Below are positions 7,769 through 15,202 of a stretch of 32,000 nucleotides of DNA, one piece after another. Positions within the stretch are counted from its first letter, which is position 1; the number at the start of each line of letters is the position of its first letter. This DNA is from Patescibacteria group bacterium (GTDB taxonomy: Bacteria > Patescibacteriota > Minisyncoccia > UBA6257 > HR35), in NCBI GenBank assembly GCA_030549845.1, contig JAUQQN010000001.1, forward strand, positions 120,001-152,000, read 5' to 3'. The position numbers and the translations under genes were made by a program. Below the pieces are notes generated by a model. It searched no databases, was not told the origin of the DNA, and was given only the letters and a program-made list of their open reading frames with translations.

Positions 7769-8800
7769 TTATTTTCCTATAATTTCACTTAAATCTTTGT
7801 CTAATTGTTGAAGGATTTCTAATAATTTTTGGAAGGATTTCTGAATCATTTCTGAATTTTTTGTTTTAAGTGCATTTTTTAACTCATCTATAGTTTGCTT
7901 TAAATTTTCATAATATGCTAAAATGTTTGCAAGTTTTTCTGGGTTTATTTTTTCTAATAATATTTTTTGTGCTTCTATATTTTTTAATTTTTTTTCTACA
8001 TCTAATAATCCTGAAGAAATCTTTAAAAGTTGTGTTTTAACTTCTGCTTCAATTTGAAGTTGTCCTAACATATTTATAAGCTCATTGAGATTAGTTATTG
8101 CTTGATTTTTAGCCATTATAATAGCTCGCATCAATTTATGACCAGGTTCAGATGTTAATATCTGCATTTCTGCTCCTTCTATTTTTTCAAAAGCACTAGC
8201 AACCCTTTCTGCTTTTGTAGCCACAAGGGGTGGAAATATAAATTCTTGTAAATTGCGCCAAACCTTACCTAATCCACTCAATAGAATTGCTGCAGCTAAA
8301 GTAATACCGAAGCCCCTTCTGCCCATTCTTGATAAAGATCTGAGTTCAGCTTGTTCTTCAAGGCTAAGACCTTGTTGAGAACGTCCAAGTCTATAAAGAA
8401 TATCCCTCCAAATAAGAGGTATATATCTAAAACCAATTATTACACTGCCACCTACCGCACCCAAACCTACTATCCACCATAGGTATCTCGCAATTTGCTC
8501 AAAAGCATTAGGAGGGATTTGGGTTATATTTTCATTAACTGTTTTGATCGCTTGAAATGCGTCTTGGATACTTTGTGCCTCTCCTGTAGAGCATAGATAG
8601 AAAGATAAAAGCAAAAACAAACCAGGAATTGCTACTTCTCCAGTTAATCTTCTTAAAATTTCAAATAATTCACTAGCATCGGGGTTTGTTTTTAATTCTC
8701 CATTTATTCCTCTCTCTATTTTTGTTAAATTTTCTAAACGCAATAAGTCATACAATAAACCACTGGGTAATTTACCTCTTTCAAATTTTAAGCTATCCAT
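7769..8800 (-). CDS. Hypothetical 3-TM membrane protein with long C-terminal coiled coil; protein B of unknown operon
   Basis: 343-aa ORF. TM segments are AIPGLFLLLSFYLC, YLWWIVGLGAVGGSVIIGF and FGITLAAAILLSGLG. The C-terminal approximately 140 aa are heptad-like. The N-terminal half is visibly GC-richer than its neighbours. Confidence 0.6.
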   Translation of the reverse strand: MDSLKFERGKLPSGLLYDLLRLENLTKIERGINGELKTNPDASELFEILRRLTGEVAIPGLFLLLSFYLCSTGEAQSIQDAFQAIKTVNENITQIPPNAFEQIARYLWWIVGLGAVGGSVIIGFRYIPLIWRDILYRLGRSQQGLSLEEQAELRSLSRMGRRGFGITLAAAILLSGLGKVWRNLQEFIFPPLVATKAERVASAFEKIEGAEMQILTSEPGHKLMRAIIMAKNQAITNLNELINMLGQLQIEAEVKTQLLKISSGLLDVEKKLKNIEAQKILLEKINPEKLANILAYYENLKQTIDELKNALKTKNSEMIQKSFQKLLEILQQLDKDLSEIIGK

Positions 8801-8808
8801 TAAGAAAA

Positions 8809-8837
8809 ATTATAACACACAAATAATTTTAGGTCAA
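8809..8837 (-). promoter_or_regulatory. Sigma70-type promoter of the B-C-D operon; predicts a leaderless transcript
   Basis: On the minus strand: TTGACC (8837-8832), a 17-nt spacer, TATAAT (8814-8809), then 8 nt to the ATG at 8800. No SD. Confidence 0.55.
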
Positions 8838-9194
8838 GTAAAAACAGTTTCTCTGCTTAATAGAAAAATATCTTATTTATTTTCTTTCAATTAATTATTA
8901 CTTTGATTATATCTCTTGATCATTTATTTTATTAAGATGTGCTACAAAACCATCCAATTCTTCATAAAATGAGATGCAAAAATACAAAGAACATTAAAGG
9001 TCCTTAGGGTAAGATTATTAGAATTTTAAAGAAGAAATCTATTTTTTTATTTTTCAGAAATTTTTTTCTATAATACGTCATACAATATCAGAAAAAGAAT
9101 ATTTACCGTAACTTTCAATCTTTACGCTTATCAGACCAGATTTAAAATATCAATAAAAATTTCTGTAATCATAACAATTCTTTCTATTAAAATA

Positions 9195-9923
9195 TCATTC
9201 TTGTGGTTTTTCAGTCATGTTATTAATAACCTCGTCAATAATACTTATTATATTGTTTATCCCACTATTAAGATCATTTTCTATTTTATCTAATTCTTTT
9301 AAGGCATCTTCGAGAATACCCTTATAATATCCTAGCAATTCGTTCTTTTCTTCATCTTTTTCAATTTGCTTAATTATTTTTTGTTCTATTGATTTCAAGA
9401 AAATAAAATGTTGAGAAAGTTGGGCTAAATTGTTAAATATACTCAATCTCATACCTTCTGCTAATACATCTATAGGATTTCTTCCTTTGCCAAGATATCT
9501 TTCTATAATATCGTCTAATTGCGATTTAAACATAACAGAGTTTTCTCTTCCAATAATTGGCGAAAAAACATATTCTCCAGGCCTCTCTTCAGGAATTTGT
9601 ATCTCTTTTAAATTATCTGACTGTAATACTTTATTTATCTCATCTTTTAATTCTTTGATTATATTTCCGTGATTTTCTAATATATCAGTTTTCAATGTGG
9701 TTTTAAGGTTATTTAACGATTCTAAAAAGGTTTCTTTATCATTTTCATAAGCTTCTGCTACCTTTAACACAAAATTCTTAAATACTTGCGGTACATCCTG
9801 AAGTGAAATGTCATATGCAAAATCTCTTAGGTAATATATAAAGTCACTAAATAATTTAAATAATGATTTTAATTCGACTCTTAAATTTTCACTTTGGGGA
9901 TAAAATTCTTTTTTAATATCCAT
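9195..9923 (-). CDS. Hypothetical soluble helical protein (protein A)
   Basis: 242-aa ORF with no TM helix and no recognised motif. It is flanked by 394 bp and approximately 770 bp of non-coding DNA. Confidence 0.55.
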   Translation of the reverse strand: MDIKKEFYPQSENLRVELKSLFKLFSDFIYYLRDFAYDISLQDVPQVFKNFVLKVAEAYENDKETFLESLNNLKTTLKTDILENHGNIIKELKDEINKVLQSDNLKEIQIPEERPGEYVFSPIIGRENSVMFKSQLDDIIERYLGKGRNPIDVLAEGMRLSIFNNLAQLSQHFIFLKSIEQKIIKQIEKDEEKNELLGYYKGILEDALKELDKIENDLNSGINNIISIIDEVINNMTEKPQE

Positions 9924-10580
9924 ATTTATTAAGTAACAAAGGTTAATTCGACCTTTTAACGATTTGGTTCTCTTAATTCCTTTTTATTTGCAATTCTTTT
10001 GTTGTATATTCTACTATAATTAAAATTCTTTTTTTATTTTATTAAATTTTTATATTGTTTTCCAGCTTTTTCTTAATTTATTTCATTTTATATTTTACCT
10101 TTCTTAATTATAAATTATATAATTCAAAAATTGGATTTAAAAGAAGGGTTTATTTTATAATTTCTCCCACTTTTAAAAGTTTTTTAAGATCATTTCTATC
10201 CAAATTTTCTTTTTTTAATTTTGCAAATAAATAGTTATTTTTCAGTGGCTGTTTTTAAATAAGCACTATGATCAATTTGACAACTAAGGTTTTCCAAGTG
10301 GCTCTATTAAGCCCGGGCATGTATTCTTTTTTCTAGCTTATTTGTGTTTATTAAGCGTTTCTAAAAATACCAAAAATACTAATATTTGTTAATCTATAAT
10401 CACCTAAATTTTTAACCCTTTTTAAAACAAATTAATAAATTAAAACAAAATAACAAATTAAAAAACCCATTACTATCCTGAATTTGAAATTAACAATGCT
10501 ATAGCATTCTAAATTTACAGCTATATCTTTACATACAAAAAATAGTCAAAAAAGTATTGTACAAAAAAATAAAATTGGAT

Positions 10581-10648
10581 AAAAAATAAAATACCCGCGA
10601 GCGATTTCGCTCGCGGGAGGAAGTGAAGGGTAAGGAGGGGTTGCCAAT
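10581..10648 (-). ncRNA. Candidate small RNA 3, or structured 3' UTR plus terminator of rpmG
   Basis: On the minus strand: TGtTATAAT (10661-10653), then body ACTAATTGGCAACCCCTCCTTACCCTTCACTTCCT. Hairpin CCCGCGAGCG-AAAT-CGCTCGCGGG (10617-10594), followed by TATTTTATTTTTT. It shares 17/20 nt with sRNA 1 (10629-10648 versus 3383-3402). Confidence 0.4.
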
Positions 10649-10695
10649 TAGTATTATAACACAAAAATTGGTGTCACTTATAAAAAATTAAATTT

Positions 10696-10857
10696 TTATT
10701 TTCTACTTTCTTTATGTTTTGTATGTTTTGCACACCATTTGCAGAATTTATTTAATTCTAGTTTTTTCTCGCTTCCTTTTTTCTTCCAATAATAATAGTT
10801 TGCTCGATTGCAGTTTGTGCATTTAAGTCTTATTAAATTTCTTGTTTTTGCTGGCAT
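10696..10857 (-). CDS. rpmG: 50S ribosomal protein L33 (zinc-ribbon C+ form)
   Basis: My own translation gives MPAKTRNLIRLKCTNCNRANYYYWKKKGSEKKLELNKFCKWCAKHTKHKESRK (53 aa). The CxxC...CxxC pattern and the LELxKFCxWCxKHTxHKE signature mark it as L33. It is too short for the supplied ORF track. Confidence 0.85.
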   Translation of the reverse strand: MPAKTRNLIRLKCTNCNRANYYYWKKKGSEKKLELNKFCKWCAKHTKHKESRK

Positions 10858-10863
10858 TATTAA

Positions 10864-10892
10864 ATTTTAAATTAATGGATATCCTATGTCAA
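10864..10892 (-). promoter_or_regulatory. Sigma70-type promoter of rpmG; predicts a leaderless mRNA
   Basis: On the minus strand: TTGACA (10892-10887), a 17-nt spacer, TAAAAT (10869-10864), then 6 nt to the ATG at 10857. Confidence 0.55.
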
Positions 10893-10950
10893 TAATTATA
10901 AACATTAATTAAAGCTTAACTATGGCCCGTTGCTTTGCTCTAGTATTATT

Positions 10951-11046
10951 AAAATAAAAAAGGGCCGGCGGGGAGGTGGGGACAAGGGGACGAGGGGCAC
11001 AGGGGAACCCGCCGGCCTTTTAAAAAACTTTAGAGGTTTACTACTT
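10951..11046 (-). ncRNA. Candidate small RNA 4, or an unusually elaborate gyrA terminator
   Basis: On the minus strand: TATAAT (11054-11049), 2 nt, then AAGTAGT (11046-11040), the same layout as sRNA 1 and 2. A 10-bp GC stem pairs 11017-11008 with 10972-10963 and encloses a 35-nt C-tract loop. It is followed by CTTTTTTATTTT. Confidence 0.4.
10970..11009. repeat. Five tandem 8-nt units GGGGNNNN (CCCC tracts on the minus strand)
   Basis: GGGGAGGT GGGGACAA GGGGACGA GGGGCACA GGGGAACC. The G4 tracts start at 10970, 10978, 10986, 10994 and 11002, an exact 8-nt period. Confidence 0.85.
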
Positions 11047-11065
11047 ATATTATATACCTAAAATT

Positions 11066-13396
11066 TTATGAAATTAATAAAGCTTTGTTTATTTTTTCTG
11101 AAACTTTTACTGGCTGATTGATTCTTTTTACTAGAGGAATATCTTTTATTTTTATTATTTCCAATTTTTCGTTTATTATAGCAATTTGATCGTCATCATT
11201 TACTAAATCTGCAAAAATAAGATTTCCAAGCTTATCTTTTTGTTCAAAAATTTTGACTCCCCTTCCACCTCTTTTTTGAATATTAATTTCTTTAACAGAA
11301 ATTTTTTTAAAGTACCCATTTTCAAAAACACATAAAATATAATTTTTTTCTATTGAGCTTGCATTAAACAAAAATTCATCTTTCAATTTAATAACTTTTA
11401 CTCCTACAGCGCTTCTTTTTTGAATTGGTAAATCATTTTTTATTCCTAAACCAAACCCTTTATTTGAAATCAAAAATATATTATCTTTTCCATTAAGTAA
11501 AACCTTTACGATTCTGTCGTCCTTTTTTAATTTAATAACTTGAACTCCAGTTCTTTTTGCTGCCATGACATCTTCTAATTTCATTCTTTTACCAATTCCT
11601 AAACTGGTGAAGATTAAAATTTCCTTTTTACCCAATGTTCTTAAAACATCTATAATTTCATCATCTTTATCTAAGATAAGATTTGATTCTAAGTATTTTG
11701 GGGTATTATAAAAATCATAAGCTGACAAAGTATAGATTTTCCCTTTTTTGGAATAAGCCAGTAATTTTTCGTTAGTTTTTACAACCAAAATTTTTCCAAA
11801 ATTTTCTTTATCTTTCAAAATCTTCTCAATGGGTGTATCTATTTTGTAGCTTTTTACAAATTTCTTTTCGTTAATAAAGAGAATTATATCTTCTTCAGGA
11901 ATTTCTTCCTTTATTTTTTGAAAAGTAATTTCTTCTCTTTTTATTTCTGTTTTTCTTTTATCTCCATATTTTTTTATCAATTCATCATTTTCTTTCATTA
12001 TTATTTCATCTATCTTTTTTGGATATTTAAGAATAGTCTCTAATTCTTCTTTTAATTTTAATTTTTCATTTAACTCGTCTATTATTCTTTTTGTTTCTAA
12101 TGAAGTTAAAGTTCTAAGAGGCATTTCTAAAATAGCATCCGCTTGTCTTTCATTTATTTTTAATCTTTTCATTAAATTATTTTTAGCTTCTTCCCTATTT
12201 GATGAATTTCTTATTATTCTTATAACTGCATCTATATCTTGCAATGCTTTTTTAAGCCCTTCTAAAATTTCTATTCTTTCTTTTGTTCTTTCAAGTTCAT
12301 ATTTTGTTTTTCTTTTTATTACTTCTCTTCGATGATTTATCCAATGAATAAGTAATTCTTTTAAGTTAAAAAGCTTTGGTTGAATTCCATCTTCAAGAGC
12401 AATAAAGTTAAAATAATAATTTTTTTGTAAATCTGTTAATCTAAAAATTCTTTCAATTATGCTATTCAATGTTTTATCATCTTTTTCGGAGGTTTCAATA
12501 ACTATTCTTATACCTTCTTTATTAGATTCATCTCTTACTTCTTTAATTTCAGGAATTATTTTATTTAAACCTAATTCTGCTATTTGGTTTACTAAATCTG
12601 ATTTGTTTACTTGCCATGGTATTTCGGTTATTACAATTCTTCTGCTTCTTTTAGTTTCTTCAATAATAGCTTTACCTCTTACTACAATAGCTCCCTTGCC
12701 TTTTTTATAAGCCTCTAATAGAGATTTTTCTCCATAAACAACACCTCCTGTTGGAAAATCTGGTCCTTTAATTATACCTAAAAGATCTTTTACACTAAGA
12801 TTTGGGTTTTCAATTAGTTTTTTGATAGCAGTACAAACTTCAACTAAGTTATGAGGCGGAATATTCGTTGCCATACCTACAGCAATTCCTAAAGTTCCAT
12901 TCAGAATTAATTGTGGCAATTTAGAAGGTAAAACTACTGGTTCTTTTCTGGTATTATCATAGTTTGGCCTAAAATCTACACATTCTTTTTCAATATCAGC
13001 GAGCATCTCTACAGATAAAGGAGAAAGCTTAGCCTCTGTATACCTATAAGCAGCTGGGGGGTCTCCATCAATTGAACCAAAATTTCCTTGACCAATAACT
13101 AATGGATATCTCATAGAAAAATCTTGAGCTAACCTTACTAAGGCTTCATAAACTGCTTGATCGCCATGAGGATGATACCTTGCTATAGTATTCCCTACTA
13201 TGTTTGCACATTTTGTAAATTTTTCATTAGGCCATAGACCTAATTCTTTCATTACATATAAAATTCTTCTTTGAACTGGTTTTAAACCATCTCTGACATC
13301 AGGAAGTGCACGAGAGATTATTACACTCAATGCATAATCAATATAAGATTCCTTTAACTCATTAGTTATTTCATTTACTTTTATTTTCTCTTTCAT
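11066..13396 (-). CDS. gyrA: DNA gyrase subunit A
   Basis: 776 aa. N-terminus [30 protein letters not shown], active-site region [10 protein letters not shown], and a C-terminal beta-pinwheel with repeated xxKRxxxGVxVIKL blades. Confidence 0.93.
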   Translation of the reverse strand: MKEKIKVNEITNELKESYIDYALSVIISRALPDVRDGLKPVQRRILYVMKELGLWPNEKFTKCANIVGNTIARYHPHGDQAVYEALVRLAQDFSMRYPLVIGQGNFGSIDGDPPAAYRYTEAKLSPLSVEMLADIEKECVDFRPNYDNTRKEPVVLPSKLPQLILNGTLGIAVGMATNIPPHNLVEVCTAIKKLIENPNLSVKDLLGIIKGPDFPTGGVVYGEKSLLEAYKKGKGAIVVRGKAIIEETKRSRRIVITEIPWQVNKSDLVNQIAELGLNKIIPEIKEVRDESNKEGIRIVIETSEKDDKTLNSIIERIFRLTDLQKNYYFNFIALEDGIQPKLFNLKELLIHWINHRREVIKRKTKYELERTKERIEILEGLKKALQDIDAVIRIIRNSSNREEAKNNLMKRLKINERQADAILEMPLRTLTSLETKRIIDELNEKLKLKEELETILKYPKKIDEIIMKENDELIKKYGDKRKTEIKREEITFQKIKEEIPEEDIILFINEKKFVKSYKIDTPIEKILKDKENFGKILVVKTNEKLLAYSKKGKIYTLSAYDFYNTPKYLESNLILDKDDEIIDVLRTLGKKEILIFTSLGIGKRMKLEDVMAAKRTGVQVIKLKKDDRIVKVLLNGKDNIFLISNKGFGLGIKNDLPIQKRSAVGVKVIKLKDEFLFNASSIEKNYILCVFENGYFKKISVKEINIQKRGGRGVKIFEQKDKLGNLIFADLVNDDDQIAIINEKLEIIKIKDIPLVKRINQPVKVSEKINKALLIS

Positions 13397-13414
13397 TTTA
13401 TAGAAATAAGAAGA

Positions 13415-13642
13415 TTACTTGAATAAACTTAAAATTGCATTAAATATCGTTGCTAAACCTGCTTTAAATGCATTTGCAGTAACTAGGATAAAAATTTCTG
13501 CAGGAGATGGTTTTGGTGCTAAAACAGAAATAATATGACCACCTTGAAACCACCAAAGAAACATGATTATCACAAAAACTCCTAAAGTATATTTAAAAGC
13601 CTTCAGGTTGTTTTTTAATCTTTCATATTCTTCTTTTTTCAT
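13415..13642 (-). CDS. Hypothetical small 2-TM membrane protein
   Basis: 75-aa ORF with two hydrophobic segments. Its start overlaps the upstream stop (ATGA at 13639-13642), which suggests translational coupling. Confidence 0.4.
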   Translation of the reverse strand: MKKEEYERLKNNLKAFKYTLGVFVIIMFLWWFQGGHIISVLAPKPSPAEIFILVTANAFKAGLATIFNAILSLFK

Positions 13643-14115
13643 GTTAATAAATAAGATGCTTCTTCTAATTTTTTTAGGTTGATTTTTGCACTGTTCACTT
13701 TTTCGACCTTTTTAGGGCTATTTGTTAAAAATATTTCTACTTTAAATTTTAACTTATCTTTTATCTTTTCATAATTTTTCTGATTAATATTTTTTAAGAT
13801 TGCTATGTCAAATTCTCCAAATTCTCTGTATATTTCATTAAGTATTTCTTCGCTAATTTCACCATTGACAAAAATTATTTTTGTTTCTCTTGTGTATAAA
13901 ACATAAATTACTTTATCATTATCCCTAAAGCCCCTGATAAAAATTCCATTTATTTCATATTCGCCTGGCAAATTGAATACTTTGTCATAATTGATTTTTC
14001 TTGTAAGCTCTGATAAAATATTAATAGAATCTTTTTGAATTTTTATAGGATCTAAATATATTTTATTTTCATTTAATTTTATCTCACAGCCGTTTTCAAT
14101 TTTTTTTATTTCCAT
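13639..14115 (-). CDS. Hypothetical protein
   Basis: 158-aa ORF. It shows only a faint resemblance (PGEYEINGIFIRG) to degenerate MBL-fold proteins, and no metal-binding His motif. Confidence 0.5.
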   Translation of the reverse strand: MEIKKIENGCEIKLNENKIYLDPIKIQKDSINILSELTRKINYDKVFNLPGEYEINGIFIRGFRDNDKVIYVLYTRETKIIFVNGEISEEILNEIYREFGEFDIAILKNINQKNYEKIKDKLKFKVEIFLTNSPKKVEKVNSAKINLKKLEEASYLLT

Positions 14116-14123
14116 TTTTTCTA

Positions 14124-14131
14124 ATTATAAT
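14124..14131. promoter_or_regulatory. Palindromic shared -10 element in a 22-bp divergent intergenic region
   Basis: AATTATAATT (14123-14132) is a perfect palindrome. TATAAT reads at 14126-14131 on the + strand, 6 nt before the ATG at 14138. It reads at 14129-14124 on the - strand, 8 nt before the ATG at 14115. Confidence 0.5.
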
Positions 14132-14137
14132 TATAAC

Positions 14138-15202
14138 ATGCAGAAGGCTGGTTTGGATAAGTTAACATCGCAAAATAAAATCATAAGAAATATAAATGTA
14201 GGTGATATTCATAAGGGATTTGTGATCAAAAAAAGAGCAAGGGAGGTTTTTATAGAAATACCTTTTATTGGAGTTGGAAGAGTTTATGGTATTGAGTATA
14301 TGAAAGCTAAAAGTATAATTCAAAAAATTGATGAAGGAAGTGAAGTTGTTGTAAAAATAATAGGACTAGATGATGGTTATGGAAATTTGGAATTAGAACT
14401 CCAAGATATAGAATCCATTAGTGTTTGGATGAAAGCAAAAGAAATTATGCAAAATAAAGGAATTGTGGAATTAGAAGTTAAAGAAGCAAATAAAGGAGGA
14501 TTGATTGTTGATTTTTATGGTATTAAAGGTTTTGTACCTGTATCTCAATTAGCACCAGAAAATTATCCAAGAGTTGGAGAAAATAACAAACAAGAAATCT
14601 TAAAACATCTTAATAATTTTGTTGGCAAAAAAATGAAACTTGCTATTATAAGTGTTGATCCTTCTTCTCAAAAATTAATCCTTTCAGAAAGAAGTGCAAG
14701 AATTGAAGAATTTCAAAAAGTTCTTTCTCAATATAAAGTTGGGCAATTAGTCGAAGTTGAAATTTTAGGAACAAGTAAATTTGGAGTTTTTGTAAGAGTT
14801 CATTATAACCCTCACATCGATGGTTTAATCCATATAACAGAGATACCAGAAAGATTAAGGAATTTAGAAGAAAATTTTAAAAAGGGAGATAAAATAAAAG
14901 CTAAGATAATAAAAATAGAGGAGGACAGGGTTGCTTTAACTTTAAAGGGATTAGAAGAAGATCCATGGATCTCTTTTGCCGAAAAGTACAAAGTTGGTGA
15001 TGTAGTTAAAGGAGTAGTTATTTCTAAAGAAGAATTTTTTGCTTCAGTTGATGTAGAGGGAGTGACCGGAATAATCTTGGAAAATTTTGAAAACTTAGAA
15101 ATCAAAAAAGAGTATGAACTTATAATAGATCAATTAGATCCTTCGACCAAAAAACTCATCCTTAAATTAAAAGAAAATGAATTTCAAAAATCCAATAGTT
15201 AA
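14138..15202 (+). CDS. S1 RNA-binding domain protein (ribosomal protein S1-like, about four S1 repeats)
   Basis: 354 aa with repeated S1-type modules: GDIHKGFVIKK..., GLIVDFYGIKGFVPVSQL, GQLVEVEILGTSKFGVFVRV...GLIHITEI, GDVVKGVVISKEEFFASVDV. Confidence 0.75.
   Translation: MQKAGLDKLTSQNKIIRNINVGDIHKGFVIKKRAREVFIEIPFIGVGRVYGIEYMKAKSIIQKIDEGSEVVVKIIGLDDGYGNLELELQDIESISVWMKAKEIMQNKGIVELEVKEANKGGLIVDFYGIKGFVPVSQLAPENYPRVGENNKQEILKHLNNFVGKKMKLAIISVDPSSQKLILSERSARIEEFQKVLSQYKVGQLVEVEILGTSKFGVFVRVHYNPHIDGLIHITEIPERLRNLEENFKKGDKIKAKIIKIEEDRVALTLKGLEEDPWISFAEKYKVGDVVKGVVISKEEFFASVDVEGVTGIILENFENLEIKKEYELIIDQLDPSTKKLILKLKENEFQKSNS

Noticed and set aside
10255-10320. A 21-aa hydrophobic peptide MPGLNRATWKTLVVKLIIVLI (minus strand) as a type I toxin candidate.
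   Set aside because: I found no promoter, SD or antisense RNA partner. It continues in frame past a single stop into further ORF-like sequence, so a decayed gene is at least as likely. It is mentioned within the intergenic-gap finding only.
10641-10691. A plus-strand mini-ORF (TTG start, 16 aa) preceded by a strong SD-like AAGGAGGGG at 10632-10640.
   Set aside because: The purine-rich SD-like tract is simply the complement of the C-rich sRNA 3 body. SD sequences are otherwise almost unused in this window. The start would be TTG, and the peptide has no distinguishing features.
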